The notes: a model not told the origin generated them from the letters alone. DNA of 64,000 bases from Bythopirellula sp. (GCA_965216565.1 OZ244170.1:4992001-5056000), one strand, 5' to 3'; counted from the first letter of the stretch, positions 10,565 through 21,178 are shown. Numbers and translations: made by a program.

Positions 10565-11179
10565 ATGTTTTTCTCGCTCGACGGCATTGATGGAGTTGGC
10601 AAGTCGACGCAGATGCAGCTCTTCTGCGACTGGCTGGCTGATCAGGGCCGAATGGTCGTCACCTGCCGCGATCCGGGCAGCACGCCGTTGGGAGAACGCG
10701 TCCGGGAGATCTTGCTGGACAGCGACGACCAGACCCCCATCGCTGCCCGCAGCGAAATGCTGCTCTACATGGCAGCGCGAGCACAGCTTGTCGACCAAGT
10801 GATCCGCCCCGCTTTGGAAAAGGGCGCCACGGTCGTTTCTGATCGGTTTCTCCTGGCAAACATCGTCTATCAAGGTTATGCCGGCGGGCTCGATGTCGAG
10901 GCCGTCCGCAGTGTCGGTCGCGTTGCAACCGAGGGGCTGATGCCCGACTGTGTCTTTTTACTGGACATGTCTCCCGAAGTCGCCAGGCAACGCATGGGCG
11001 ACGAACTCGACCGCGTTGAAAGCCGGGGCGACCAGTACCGCGAGAAGCTTCGCCAGGGATTCTTAGACGAGGCCGCGCAGTGGGGAGATACCGTCCACCG
11101 CATCGACGCCGATCAAGATATTGAGGACGTCCAAAGCCAAATCCGCAAAATCGCTGCGACCATCTTGGCTAGCCGTTAG
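10565..11179 (+). CDS. tmk: Thymidylate kinase
   Basis: P-loop DGIDGVGKST, RDPG, LLYMAARAQ, DRF and YQG motifs. Confidence 0.95.
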   Translation: MFFSLDGIDGVGKSTQMQLFCDWLADQGRMVVTCRDPGSTPLGERVREILLDSDDQTPIAARSEMLLYMAARAQLVDQVIRPALEKGATVVSDRFLLANIVYQGYAGGLDVEAVRSVGRVATEGLMPDCVFLLDMSPEVARQRMGDELDRVESRGDQYREKLRQGFLDEAAQWGDTVHRIDADQDIEDVQSQIRKIAATILASR

Positions 11180-11202
11180 TTTTTTTGAATTTTTGGCGAA
11201 CC

Positions 11203-11631
11203 ATGTTTTCGATCACCACGCACGACGATTGCCCCGCTGACGAATCCGCAATCATCGATCAAGGAATGGACGATTCGAACCATGCGAGCGCGCCACTTCA
11301 CGAAGTTGTCCCAATCTCGTGTATAGCCAAATCAGATGAAGGCGAAGTTATCGGCGGTATTCTCGGACGTCGGTGGGGACAGTGCTGCGAGGTACAGCAA
11401 CTGTGGGTCGCCCCTGCGCATCGCCACCAAGGATTGGGCACGGCGTTGCTCAATGCTTTCGAAGCTCACGCCGAACAGTCCGGCTGCATCAGTATTCATT
11501 TGGAAACCTTTAGCTTCCAGTTGCCCGCACTCTACAAGAAGCAGGGCTATCAGGTTAAGTTCGAACAGAAAACATTCCCGCACGGGATTGTGAAATTCCA
11601 CATGGCTAAGCATTTGGCAGCGAGCGACTGA
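11203..11631 (+). CDS. GNAT-family N-acetyltransferase
   Basis: LWVAPAHRHQGLGTALL acetyl-CoA motif and LETFSFQ..LYKKQGY. Confidence 0.9.
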   Translation: MFSITTHDDCPADESAIIDQGMDDSNHASAPLHEVVPISCIAKSDEGEVIGGILGRRWGQCCEVQQLWVAPAHRHQGLGTALLNAFEAHAEQSGCISIHLETFSFQLPALYKKQGYQVKFEQKTFPHGIVKFHMAKHLAASD

Positions 11632-11736
11632 AGGTTGGGCAACGTCCGCGTGCCACGAGTACTCTCTGTGCTTAACTGAAAAAGCTCGCCACGAAGGCGA
11701 TAGCTACAGCAACCCTCAATTGCTAAATTGGAGTGC

Positions 11737-13419
11737 ATGAGCGCAGATTCTCAACCGCCAGATCCCCTGTCATTAGACGATACCGCCCTACCCTGCTCTG
11801 CCACCATCACCAGCCGCGAGCAGGCGATTGATTTTCTCCTGGGACGCATCAATTTCGAAAGAACTCCTTCGGTTCCTTACGGTGAACGTCAACTGAAGCT
11901 CGACCGGATGCGGCAGTTGCTTAATCGTTTGGGGAGTCCCGATGCGGGGCTGCCTATTGTTCATGTGGCGGGGACGAAAGGCAAAGGTAGTACGTCGGCA
12001 CTGGTTGCGGCCATTCTCGCGGAAGCTGGGTACGATGCCGGGCTGTTCAGTTCGCCGCACTTGGAAGCGATTGAAGAACGCTTTGCTATCAATGGTCAGG
12101 CGATCGCTGCCTCGGAGTTGGTGACGCTCACCGAACGATTGCGGCCTGTCGTCGAGGCGATGGACCGTGAAGCGGCCGAGCAGGCAGACGATTCGCTGAG
12201 TCCCACCTATTTCGAACTCACCACCGCTTTGGCACTCATGCACTTTGCCGAGCGGGGCGTCGACCTGGCTGTGCTAGAAGTGGGGCTGGGAGGCCGGCTC
12301 GACTCGACCAACGTTTGCCAGCCAGTGGTGTCGGTGATTACCAGCATCAGCTTCGATCACACGAAACAACTGGGCAACACGCTGGCGGAAATCGCCGGCG
12401 AGAAGGCAGGCATCATCAAGCCGGGCGTTCCTGTGCTGTGCGGTCCGATGCTCCCCGAACCCCAAGAGGTAATTGCCGGCGTGGCACGCCAACATGGCTC
12501 CCGACTGATTGTGGCAGGAGAGGATTTTGAGTTCGACTACCAGATTGGGCCAGTTGCCGAAGACAACGCACACCGGGGTCAGATCGCATTTCGATCGCGA
12601 GATCGTGAGGAGCTATTCGAACTATCTCCCACACCCTTAGGTATGCTGGGCGAACATCAGGGGGCCAACGCCGCACTAGCACTGGCGACGATCATCGAGC
12701 TTCGCCACCAGGGCTGGCTAGTTTCAAGCGAAGCCATGCGGCTGGGGCTTGCTCAGCATTCGCTACCAGCACGTGTGGAGGTAATTTGCCGACGTCCCAC
12801 GGTGATACTCGACGTGGCGCACAATGTGGCAGCCGCCGAAGCATTGGCTGAGGTGCTTCAATCTCACTTCCCTACCACCGAGAGGACTCTCCTCTTGGCG
12901 GCGACTCGGGAAAAAGATGTGGCGGGAATCGCTCGGGTGCTGGTTCCGCACTTCCAGCATATCGTCGTCACTGAATATGTTGAAAATCCCCGGGCGGTGC
13001 CGACAGCCCGGTTGGCTGAGATTGTTGAGGCAGAAGTGCTGCGGCTCAAGGAGACTGACGCGTTTACATCTGGTTCCAAAACTGTTGAGCCGAACGAGCA
13101 AGTTGTAAATCCGCGGAGGCGGGCGTCGAGTATTCTCGAAACTGAGCCAAAACCTGGGCAACCCGCGGCTAGCGCCGTCGGCTCAGAATCTTCAGATCAA
13201 AATCTAAATTTCGGTATTCTAAAGGTTCAGCAGGAAGCAGATCCCCGGCTTGCTTGGCAAATGGTGCAAGCCACACTCCATCGAGAGAGTCTGGCTTGCG
13301 TGACGGGTTCGTTTTTTATCGCTGCAGAGCTACGTCCGGTCTTACTCGCCACCTGTGGCGAAGACTTCGGCCCGGGGGACGAACCCGTCGAGCCACAACC
13401 AGAACCAGGCAACAACTAA
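11737..13419 (+). CDS. folC: Folylpolyglutamate synthase/dihydrofolate synthase with an apparent C-terminal insertion
   Basis: HVAGTKGKGST, FSSPHL..ERF, LEVGLGGRLDSTN, DHTKQLG, EKAGIIK, LDVAHN and TGSFF motifs. Confidence 0.95.
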   Translation: MSADSQPPDPLSLDDTALPCSATITSREQAIDFLLGRINFERTPSVPYGERQLKLDRMRQLLNRLGSPDAGLPIVHVAGTKGKGSTSALVAAILAEAGYDAGLFSSPHLEAIEERFAINGQAIAASELVTLTERLRPVVEAMDREAAEQADDSLSPTYFELTTALALMHFAERGVDLAVLEVGLGGRLDSTNVCQPVVSVITSISFDHTKQLGNTLAEIAGEKAGIIKPGVPVLCGPMLPEPQEVIAGVARQHGSRLIVAGEDFEFDYQIGPVAEDNAHRGQIAFRSRDREELFELSPTPLGMLGEHQGANAALALATIIELRHQGWLVSSEAMRLGLAQHSLPARVEVICRRPTVILDVAHNVAAAEALAEVLQSHFPTTERTLLLAATREKDVAGIARVLVPHFQHIVVTEYVENPRAVPTARLAEIVEAEVLRLKETDAFTSGSKTVEPNEQVVNPRRRASSILETEPKPGQPAASAVGSESSDQNLNFGILKVQQEADPRLAWQMVQATLHRESLACVTGSFFIAAELRPVLLATCGEDFGPGDEPVEPQPEPGNN

Positions 13420-13561
13420 GATAGGTAAGCATGTCGACTCCGTTTGACATGGGGGTGATGGTGAAACACTTGAGTAAGCCGACTTGTCCTCGAGTCGGTT
13501 TGATGTGGGTTATCGTTTCTCGATTTCGAACTAACTGAATTCTTGCGAATCCAGCTACCTC

Positions 13562-13867
13562 TTAACTTGTGCGTTCTTCCTGAACCGTAAACCGGGGTTG
13601 GTCGGCCCACTCTTCTTCGGTTTCGATGATCGGACTCGGTGGTTCCAAGTCAGCTTTCAAAGTCGACGCCGTGTTCCAGTTGTTCTTGCTGATGCGTTCG
13701 CTGCGAACTTCGTTCTGCAAGTTAGAAACCAAACGAGCAATATAAGGATCGGCCCAAGGCAGCAAATCGCTGGGGCGTGCTAAGCGATTGGAAGTCCGCT
13801 CGGCAAGCGTAGGTACGCGGACAATCGTGCAATAAACTTTCTTTGCGTCTTCTCGTGGAGCAACCAT
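13562..13867 (-). CDS. Small hypothetical protein
   Basis: 101-aa ORF with GGGAGAG RBS and a sigma54-like promoter upstream. Confidence 0.6.
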   Translation of the reverse strand: MVAPREDAKKVYCTIVRVPTLAERTSNRLARPSDLLPWADPYIARLVSNLQNEVRSERISKNNWNTASTLKADLEPPSPIIETEEEWADQPRFTVQEERTS

Positions 13868-14065
13868 GATTCGTTTCTCTCCCTGGGCGCTAGCGGCCCT
13901 ATGTTGATAAGTTCTATGGATAAGATTCTTAGAAAAGAGGCTTCTTGTTGTCCAAGCCGTACATCCCTTGGCCTTGAACCGAACAAGCGAGCCTACGAAT
14001 AGTTCACTGCGGGAGCGAACTCTTCGCCGTGACTAGCCTCCGCATGTCACATGGTTTTGTGTTAA

Positions 14066-14082
14066 TGCAGGTGGCGTGCCAA
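14066..14082 (-). promoter_or_regulatory. Sigma54 (-24/-12) promoter candidate
   Basis: Minus strand TTGGCACGCCACCTGCA with exact GG-N10-GC spacing, pointing at ORF 13867. Confidence 0.6.
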
Positions 14083-14278
14083 ACCCTGATTTGGCCGCGG
14101 AGAGCACCGCACGAAATAGGCGGAAAGCCATATGAATTAAGGGTTTACGTATTTTTGCGAGGTCCAGCGCAGGCAGAATGCGGCATCCGGTTTTGGCTGC
14201 CAGGGAGAGAAGATTTTTCAACCCCGTTGCAAAGGCAAAAATCTTTGAGGATTGGGTAAAGTTACCCGATCGATTTAC

Positions 14279-15604
14279 CTAGTGGAGCTGCTTCACGAGC
14301 GCCGCGATTGCCAGGTCTAATGCCTCGTCGGAATACTCTGCCGGTGGCTTGCCATCCTCGGCATCCACCTGATCGACGACCGGGCCGTTCGACTTGTTCC
14401 CAAACAAATTGCGCCGGCGCCGGTAACGTTGCCAATCCTGATATTGCTTGTCGTCGAGAACGACTTCAAAACCTTTGTCGGGCTTCACACCCCAGTCATC
14501 GCTCTCACTGGCGTTTTTCATGCGATGAATATTCTTGCCACTGGGTCGCCAATAAGTGGCAGTCGTTAATTTGAGCAAACTGCGACCCGCCTCCAACCGC
14601 AGCAAACTTTGAACCGTGCCTTTGCCATAGGTGCGCTGCCCGATTATGACCGCGCGGCCATAGTCTTGTAAGCAAGCTGCGAGAATCTCACTGGCACTGG
14701 CGCTTTGCTGATTGATTAGCACGGCGAGAGGTATGTCTGTAAATCCACCCCGCCCGGTCGAAACGAATCGCTCGGCGGTGGTGCCATCTCGACCTCGAAT
14801 GGTGACGATTTGTTTTCCCGCCCTCAGAAATAACTCTGTCATCCCCACCGCGGCATCGAGCGCTCCGCCCGCATTGTCGCGCACGTCGAGAATAAGGGCT
14901 TTCATCCCCTGCTGTTTCATCGCCGCCAGGGTGCGGATCATTTCCTCTTCGGTTTTCTCACCGAATTGATTGATTTGCATATAGCCGATGCGAGGATCGC
15001 TATCGAGCAAATATTCCCATTCGTTTTTTTCATTGCGGATGTAGCCGAAGATGGAATCGACCATGATCATCGCTCGCGTGAGGCTGACCTTGATCGGCTC
15101 GTCGGCATCGAGACGTTTCAGTTCGAGCTCGACAGGTTCTCCCACTGGACCGCGCATTTTGGTGAGAATCCCGAGCATGTCCATACCTTCGGTGGACTCG
15201 GAATCGATGGCCACAATGCGATCGCCGGAGCGAACGTCTGCCGCATAGGCAGGTGTGCCTGGTTCCGGAGGCCCAAGCACCGTTGGCAGAGGGGGCTTGC
15301 CCAACATGCGAATCCTCACCCCGACTCCGCCGAACTGTTGGGAAAGATCTTCTTGGAATGCGTCGCGTTGCTCTTGGTCAACGAACCAGGAATGCTCGTC
15401 GCCCTGCTCGTTGAGCACCGAGACCATCCCGCGCATGGCACCTTCGAAGAGATCTTGATCGGGAATCTCCTCCAGGGCACGGCGATCGATGACCGAATAG
15501 CCAGCCGAGACAAATCGAGCGTAAGGATTTTGCTCGGCACGGACATGACAGGCGTAAGCGATGATCCCGCAGGAAAGCAGCAAGAACATGTTGCGTCGCG
15601 ACAT
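14279..15604 (-). CDS. S41 carboxy-terminal processing protease (CtpA/Prc-like) with PDZ domain
   Basis: FGGVGV PDZ loop, LILDVRDNAGG, SASASEI catalytic Ser, TYGKGTVQ Lys and GVKPD. Confidence 0.93.
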   Translation of the reverse strand: MSRRNMFLLLSCGIIAYACHVRAEQNPYARFVSAGYSVIDRRALEEIPDQDLFEGAMRGMVSVLNEQGDEHSWFVDQEQRDAFQEDLSQQFGGVGVRIRMLGKPPLPTVLGPPEPGTPAYAADVRSGDRIVAIDSESTEGMDMLGILTKMRGPVGEPVELELKRLDADEPIKVSLTRAMIMVDSIFGYIRNEKNEWEYLLDSDPRIGYMQINQFGEKTEEEMIRTLAAMKQQGMKALILDVRDNAGGALDAAVGMTELFLRAGKQIVTIRGRDGTTAERFVSTGRGGFTDIPLAVLINQQSASASEILAACLQDYGRAVIIGQRTYGKGTVQSLLRLEAGRSLLKLTTATYWRPSGKNIHRMKNASESDDWGVKPDKGFEVVLDDKQYQDWQRYRRRRNLFGNKSNGPVVDQVDAEDGKPPAEYSDEALDLAIAALVKQLH

Positions 15605-15695
15605 TGGTGCCTTCCCTTCTGAAGCGAGTGAACCGAGGAGAAATGACTGAGGCCGTTCGGGAATTGCGAAAGGAACCCACAACTGCGAAGCGTTC

Positions 15696-15755
15696 TGTCA
15701 CGCCGAGGTCTGCCGAGGGGTCTAGCCAGATTCCTCGGCAGACCTCGGAATGACA
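15696..15755. repeat. REP-like inverted-repeat element, TGTCA...TGACA family, copy 2
   Basis: Perfect 16-bp IR CCGAGGTCTGCCGAGG/CCTCGGCAGACCTCGG bounded by TGTCA/TGACA. Confidence 0.8.
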
Positions 15756-15864
15756 GCTACTGACGTGGCTGAGTGGGTGAGTATCGATATCACAACCACC
15801 CGCGGGCCAAACTTCTCGAATCCCTTGGTGCCTATCAAAGTTCTTAAATTGGTGCCAAGAGATT

Positions 15865-18800
15865 CTAAGAGGAAATGCGATCCTGGGGAAGATCTCGCCG
15901 CAATTTACGCAGCTTCGCGTGCAGAGCCGCATGCGGGCCCTCTAGCACTTCCCGTTCGAGCTGCTCCTTGGACATTCCGCTTTTCTCAATGGCGGCGATG
16001 AGCTCGCGCTCTCGTTGCAGGTCCAACGGAGACTCCGCGTCTGTCGCCTGTTCCTCGACAATGTCCTCTTCCGGATCTTCCGGCTGCTGTTCGGGCTGCG
16101 ACTCTAGCTTGCTCGATTCCTGAGGCTCTACCGTTTCGCCTGGTTCAAGCGATTCAGACTCCTCAGGATCGATGGCTGTCACCTTGGTGCCCAATCCGAA
16201 GAAGTAGCCTAGCGGACTCATCAACAACGCTGGCAGCAACAGCAAGTCGCCAATCAACGCCGCAGCGAGCATCGAAATCATCAGGTAGCCGAATTGCTGA
16301 GTCGGAGTAAACGTGCTGGTGGCAAACACAGCCAGACCCAGCCCGCCAATTAGGGTGGTTTGGGTCATTGCCGTGGCGCAACGATCGTACGACAGCATGA
16401 TGGAGTCGCGGCGGTTCATGCCCATGGCAATTCCACGTCGGAACCAGGTGAGGAAGTGGATGGTATCGTCCACCGCCACACCCAGGGCAACACTGGCGGT
16501 CATCATGATGCCGATGTCGACTTTGATTCCCAGCCAACCGAGTGCGCCGAAAATAATGACGATTGGGAACATGTTGGGAATCATCGAGATGACTCCCGCG
16601 ATGGGGCTCCGCAGCACAATCATTAGAACGAAGGAGATCAACACGGTTGCCCACATGATGCTCTCGAACAAACTCTTGAGCAACTCACGTTGCGTCTTAT
16701 AGACCAACGGCACCATGCCGGTGTAGACGGCGCGGATGGGTCGAGGTCCATCATCCAAGGCCAGTGGTGTTGAGGCTGGTAGGTCGGAGGTGGGAATATC
16801 CGTTACATCGATCACCAGCAGCCCGCCGTCGGCCAACTGTTTGGCCATGGGATCGCTGCCCGCTGAGACTAAGATCAGTGCATCGGGCTCACTTAATTTC
16901 TCAATAGCTGCGTCTAGAATCTTGGGATTGTCTGCGTGTTCGTCGAGGAGAGCGAGATTGAAGTAGGAAATGTCCGGAATGACTTTGCCGCTGGGCAATG
17001 TCTCTGGACGAATGCCGCTGTGTTGCAGCAACTTGGCCAGCAGAGCTTCCTGGGTGTTTGGACCGGGCGCTTGTTTCGTGCCGGTTGATCGATAGAGAAT
17101 ATAGACCTGCCCGCCAGCGATCTGCTTGCCATTTTCGTGGAGCTTCTCGACGATTTTATCGCGTTGGGCGTAAGCCAGGAGAACAGGATCGACGGCGCTC
17201 TTCAAGTCGTCCACAAAAATGCCGTAGTCGACCGTCTTACCATTAACGTTGAGCGCAGCCACCCGGGCACTCATCCGCCAAAGTTCGCGCTGGCCCTGAT
17301 CAGGATCTTCAGAATCCCCATTGCTCTCGACTCGTAAGTAGTCGTGTTCGAGCAGCGTGTCTCGATTCTCTTCCAGACGTTTGTTCTTTTCGTAGTCGAC
17401 ACCGCGGTCAGCACTGCCGAACCCAGAGTCTGTGCTTTCAGGGGTGAATGTAGCCACCGAAAGCACCCGACTTATCTCGGGCATACTCTCAAAGCGATTC
17501 TGAATGACCCGCATCATCTCGAGCCGTTCAATCATCGTCATCCGATATTGCTTGCCATCCGCTTCAGCGTGCTCATCGGCGGAGCGGATTTTTTCGGGCG
17601 GAACCGAGAGCACCACCTCCATCGGGACGAGATTCCCAAGATTCTCTTCCAGCCAGGCGTAGTCGTGGATCAGATCGGTTTCTTCATCCAGCAGCTTCAG
17701 CAACTGGACTTCCGTGCCAATCATCGTGAAGCCGTAGGCGAAAACACTCATCGTGATGAACCAAAACAGACAAACCCAGGCGTAACGGCCGACGATCATG
17801 TCGAACAATCGACGGGCCCAGTCAGGCAGGTGCTTTTTGCCCTGTCCGCCGCCAGATTGTCGGGCCACTAGCTTGTCGCTGATCGGAAAGCGATGCAGGA
17901 ACACCGGCAATACGGTAAACAACACCGCCACGGTGCCCATCACCGCAATAGCGGTGAACATGCCAAACTTCTTGATCGGGAGGATGTCGCTGGTATACAG
18001 CGAACCCAGACCCACCGCTGTGGTGAACGCGGCTAGGGTGCAAGGTGCCCAACCGAAACGGACTGCCGACTCGGCCGCGTCGTGCAAGCCACTTTCGCGG
18101 CGCGCATCGCGGTAATAATTCACAATGTGGATGGCACCGGAAAGCCCCAGCACATAGACCACCGCCGGCATTGACATCAATATCGCGTCGACCGTCCCCA
18201 ACCGCGGCGAAGGCATGCCAAGTGCCATGACTTCAACGAGCACGCCGAAGTAGAAGACCACTGCCAAACTCATGCCGGCGCTCAGCACACCCACTGCAAA
18301 AACGATGCTGGTGAGCTTCAGGCTACGGAAACACCAATAAGAAAGCCCCACGCCGACAAATCCCGAAAGCAGCGCCAATCGCACCAGGGTTGCTTCGCCC
18401 TCTTTGTCGATCGTAATGTTATCGACCGGCGGGCCGCCCATGTGAATGGTGTCGGGATCAATCGCGCAATCGGTTGCCGCTACGGTTTCGATGTTCTCGA
18501 TAGCAGCCCGCATGGTTTTGTTGTCGCTGGTTGCTTCCTCAGAGAGATAAACAATCAGACAGGTCACCCGCGACTCGTTGCCCATCGATTCGCCGTCTTC
18601 GTCCAACTGCGGCGGACCAACGAGCGCACCTTCCAAGCGTTTGACGGCATCGGAGTAATCGAGCGACAAAGGCGGGGCGGTCAAACGCTCCAACTCACCC
18701 GGGCCTGTGATGACCTTCTTGTACCAACTAGCACGTTGGTGCAGTGGTGACTCAGGGTCGGCCTTGGCCAGTACCTTTTCGCTAGGCACCAATTGTCGCG

Positions 18801-19074
18801 CGAGTCGGTTGAGCTTCTCTGTGTCGCCCAGCGTGCAGCCGTCCCAGCTCACGAGGGCAAACTGCTCTCCCACAAAGTGATCGCGAAACCATTGCAAGTC
18901 CAGGGATTCGGCATACGTAGGAGGTAGCCAATCCTCGGCCTTGTTCGTATTGGTTTCGATCGCTTTACGCGTACCGCGAGGAATAAAGGCCACCAGGAAG
19001 GCGGCCATCATGGCAATCAAGAAATAGTTGGGCTGACCCAGCGTCTTGCGTGCCAAAAATGAAGGTTGCTTCAT
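15865..19074 (-). CDS. MMPL/RND-family transporter
   Basis: Two repeats of TM plus a large extracytoplasmic loop plus multiple TMs. ALGVAVDDTIHFL and TTAVGLGSL motifs. Confidence 0.9.
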   Translation of the reverse strand: MKQPSFLARKTLGQPNYFLIAMMAAFLVAFIPRGTRKAIETNTNKAEDWLPPTYAESLDLQWFRDHFVGEQFALVSWDGCTLGDTEKLNRLARQLVPSEKVLAKADPESPLHQRASWYKKVITGPGELERLTAPPLSLDYSDAVKRLEGALVGPPQLDEDGESMGNESRVTCLIVYLSEEATSDNKTMRAAIENIETVAATDCAIDPDTIHMGGPPVDNITIDKEGEATLVRLALLSGFVGVGLSYWCFRSLKLTSIVFAVGVLSAGMSLAVVFYFGVLVEVMALGMPSPRLGTVDAILMSMPAVVYVLGLSGAIHIVNYYRDARRESGLHDAAESAVRFGWAPCTLAAFTTAVGLGSLYTSDILPIKKFGMFTAIAVMGTVAVLFTVLPVFLHRFPISDKLVARQSGGGQGKKHLPDWARRLFDMIVGRYAWVCLFWFITMSVFAYGFTMIGTEVQLLKLLDEETDLIHDYAWLEENLGNLVPMEVVLSVPPEKIRSADEHAEADGKQYRMTMIERLEMMRVIQNRFESMPEISRVLSVATFTPESTDSGFGSADRGVDYEKNKRLEENRDTLLEHDYLRVESNGDSEDPDQGQRELWRMSARVAALNVNGKTVDYGIFVDDLKSAVDPVLLAYAQRDKIVEKLHENGKQIAGGQVYILYRSTGTKQAPGPNTQEALLAKLLQHSGIRPETLPSGKVIPDISYFNLALLDEHADNPKILDAAIEKLSEPDALILVSAGSDPMAKQLADGGLLVIDVTDIPTSDLPASTPLALDDGPRPIRAVYTGMVPLVYKTQRELLKSLFESIMWATVLISFVLMIVLRSPIAGVISMIPNMFPIVIIFGALGWLGIKVDIGIMMTASVALGVAVDDTIHFLTWFRRGIAMGMNRRDSIMLSYDRCATAMTQTTLIGGLGLAVFATSTFTPTQQFGYLMISMLAAALIGDLLLLPALLMSPLGYFFGLGTKVTAIDPEESESLEPGETVEPQESSKLESQPEQQPEDPEEDIVEEQATDAESPLDLQRERELIAAIEKSGMSKEQLEREVLEGPHAALHAKLRKLRRDLPQDRISS

Positions 19075-19471
19075 CGGCTTGTCAGCATCATGTTCTTCGA
19101 CCTATAGGGTCGATGAGAGTTCCCATACCACAAGATGGGCGGGCAACTCCAAAGGAATTCGGACGACCAGTCAGAGGGCGCCAGCCACGCAAATATCCCA
19201 ATTCGCTATCGGGGCAAGCACTCGTCTGCTGAAAGATAGGCTAACGAGAAATGCTGCGCAAGTCTACGCCGAGTAGCCGCTATCTAATGGGTAAACCGCC
19301 CGGATTTGGCAAGAATTTAGGCTTAGTACGGCTAGTGTATCCCGGTAGCCGATTCTCTGCATTGCGAAAAAGGCGGCCCGTTCTCGTGGTCCGCCGAATC
19401 TTAGTTGCCAGCAGGCACAACTTCAGGCCTTCAGGGCAGCTGTGCTAGCAGCAGAGATGTCTGCTGACTCC

Positions 19472-20881
19472 CTACCAGTAACCTTCAAATCCCAGGCCGC
19501 CACCCATCCAGGTCGACTCGCCACTGGAATTGATCATGGTCGGACCACCCGTATTGAAAGGTTGCGGGAATTGACTCGGTGCAATGGCTACAGACGAAAC
19601 GAACATGAATTCGAAACTAGCCCGCAGCGAGAAGTTTGGTTTGATGTGATATCTACCCACCAAAGCCGCTTCCCCAATAAAGCTAAGTTGATCTGCTTCC
19701 AATGCCACATCATTAAGAATGTCATCATCGGCAGCACTTAGATTCTGGGTTCGAGAGAACACGGTATGCATGTCAATCATATTCAGATACAAGCCGCCTT
19801 TGCTCTCCAAACCTGCGCTCCACCGTGCCGTCTCGAACATCCCGCTCAAACCGAGCTGTGTACCGATCAAATCGTTATCAGTGCGAACCAAGACAGACCC
19901 TAAGTCGTCGTCGACATTTTCTTGTGTGGTGGCGTCTCCATCGGGATCGATGGTAGCGTTCCAATCGAAGTTTTCGGTAAGGTCGAAAAATCGCAGGCCT
20001 GCCAGATACGAATAGCTGAAGGTCGGTCCAGCGCGGCGTACCCATTGGCCACTCGGCTCCATCTCCATGCGATCTTTTCGCAGTCGATCCTTCACCAAGT
20101 AGTTCAACTCGAAACTATTGAACCGGCTGTCGTAGCGAAAGTTGGTCGAAGTAGCGCCATCAAACGAAGTATTGCCGTTGTCGACAAGGATCGGGACCTG
20201 TAGCGACGTACTTCCCACGTCGTTGTTAGGGTTGAAGGCCAACATCCCTTCTTCGGTCCATTCTCCGCCACCATAGATAGTGAATTCCGTAGTATGATCG
20301 CGATTGTGATGGTCGCGAAATAAGAAATGGCCAAGCGTAAGTCGAGGTGCTCCTTCCGCACCTGGCTTTCGGCCATTCACGCGTAGTTGATTCTCCGTAT
20401 TGACGACGCCGCCAAATTGAACTTGTGTGATGCCAACGATTTGATTGGCCAACACAATTGCGTCACGACTCCACTTGCGATTGGAAATCACTGCGTCGAC
20501 CTCGGCATACCAAAAGCCCCGCCGCAACCAGCTGCCTGTGCTCTCTAGCACCGGCTGGTCGCAGTGGTAGGTATTGCCATAGTCGGTGTAGATGTCTGGA
20601 CTAAAGCTTTCGCCTTGGATCACGGAATCACCCGAGGCAGAGCTAGGTACAGAATCTGACCTGTACGAGTTGCCATCGGCGCTCGGCACGCCATCCTCGA
20701 TGATCTCGCCTGAAGCACCTGGCATCGGAGGAAGCGCCAAGTCTGGCGTCATCCCATCCATTTCCATTTGGCCTTCCATCACCATTTGGTCTGGCGATAT
20801 CAAGAGTTCTTGGGCGATTGCCCCCTGCTGTGCAGTGGCCGTCGACAGTCCCGTAACTAGCAGTGCGATGAGTTTTTTCAC
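19472..20881 (-). CDS. Planctomycete-type outer membrane beta-barrel (BBP7-like)
   Basis: GTG start with GGGAG RBS, signal peptide and acidic linker. Amphipathic strands SFELN, LAGLRFFDL, TDNDLIGTQLG and a terminal aromatic GFEGYW. Confidence 0.75.
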   Translation of the reverse strand: MKKLIALLVTGLSTATAQQGAIAQELLISPDQMVMEGQMEMDGMTPDLALPPMPGASGEIIEDGVPSADGNSYRSDSVPSSASGDSVIQGESFSPDIYTDYGNTYHCDQPVLESTGSWLRRGFWYAEVDAVISNRKWSRDAIVLANQIVGITQVQFGGVVNTENQLRVNGRKPGAEGAPRLTLGHFLFRDHHNRDHTTEFTIYGGGEWTEEGMLAFNPNNDVGSTSLQVPILVDNGNTSFDGATSTNFRYDSRFNSFELNYLVKDRLRKDRMEMEPSGQWVRRAGPTFSYSYLAGLRFFDLTENFDWNATIDPDGDATTQENVDDDLGSVLVRTDNDLIGTQLGLSGMFETARWSAGLESKGGLYLNMIDMHTVFSRTQNLSAADDDILNDVALEADQLSFIGEAALVGRYHIKPNFSLRASFEFMFVSSVAIAPSQFPQPFNTGGPTMINSSGESTWMGGGLGFEGYW

Positions 20882-21143
20882 CGGTCTCGCTCCCTTAACA
20901 CATTTTCTATGCCAGGCATCGAACAGAGCCTGGATTACATCCAAGGCTTACATCGTCCCCGGAAACTGCCAGGATGCAGGAATAACCGTTAGAATTAGAA
21001 AAAACACTATAATCCCGAGACTCAGGTCTTTTTCCCTACTCCCCTAGAATGGCCCAGTTTGAAAATCTGCCCATTTCGGACTGCTATCAAGGACAAGCTT
21101 TGCTAGCTTGTCGACCGGCCCCCAGAACGAAACAATCCGGGGA

Positions 21144-21178
21144 GAGCGGGGAGCGGAGAGCCTAGAGCCTAGAGCCAG
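21144..21178 (+). repeat. Degenerate 7-bp tandem repeat (GAGCCTA-like, 5 units)
   Basis: GAGCGGG GAGCGGA GAGCCTA GAGCCTA GAGCCAG. Confidence 0.8.
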
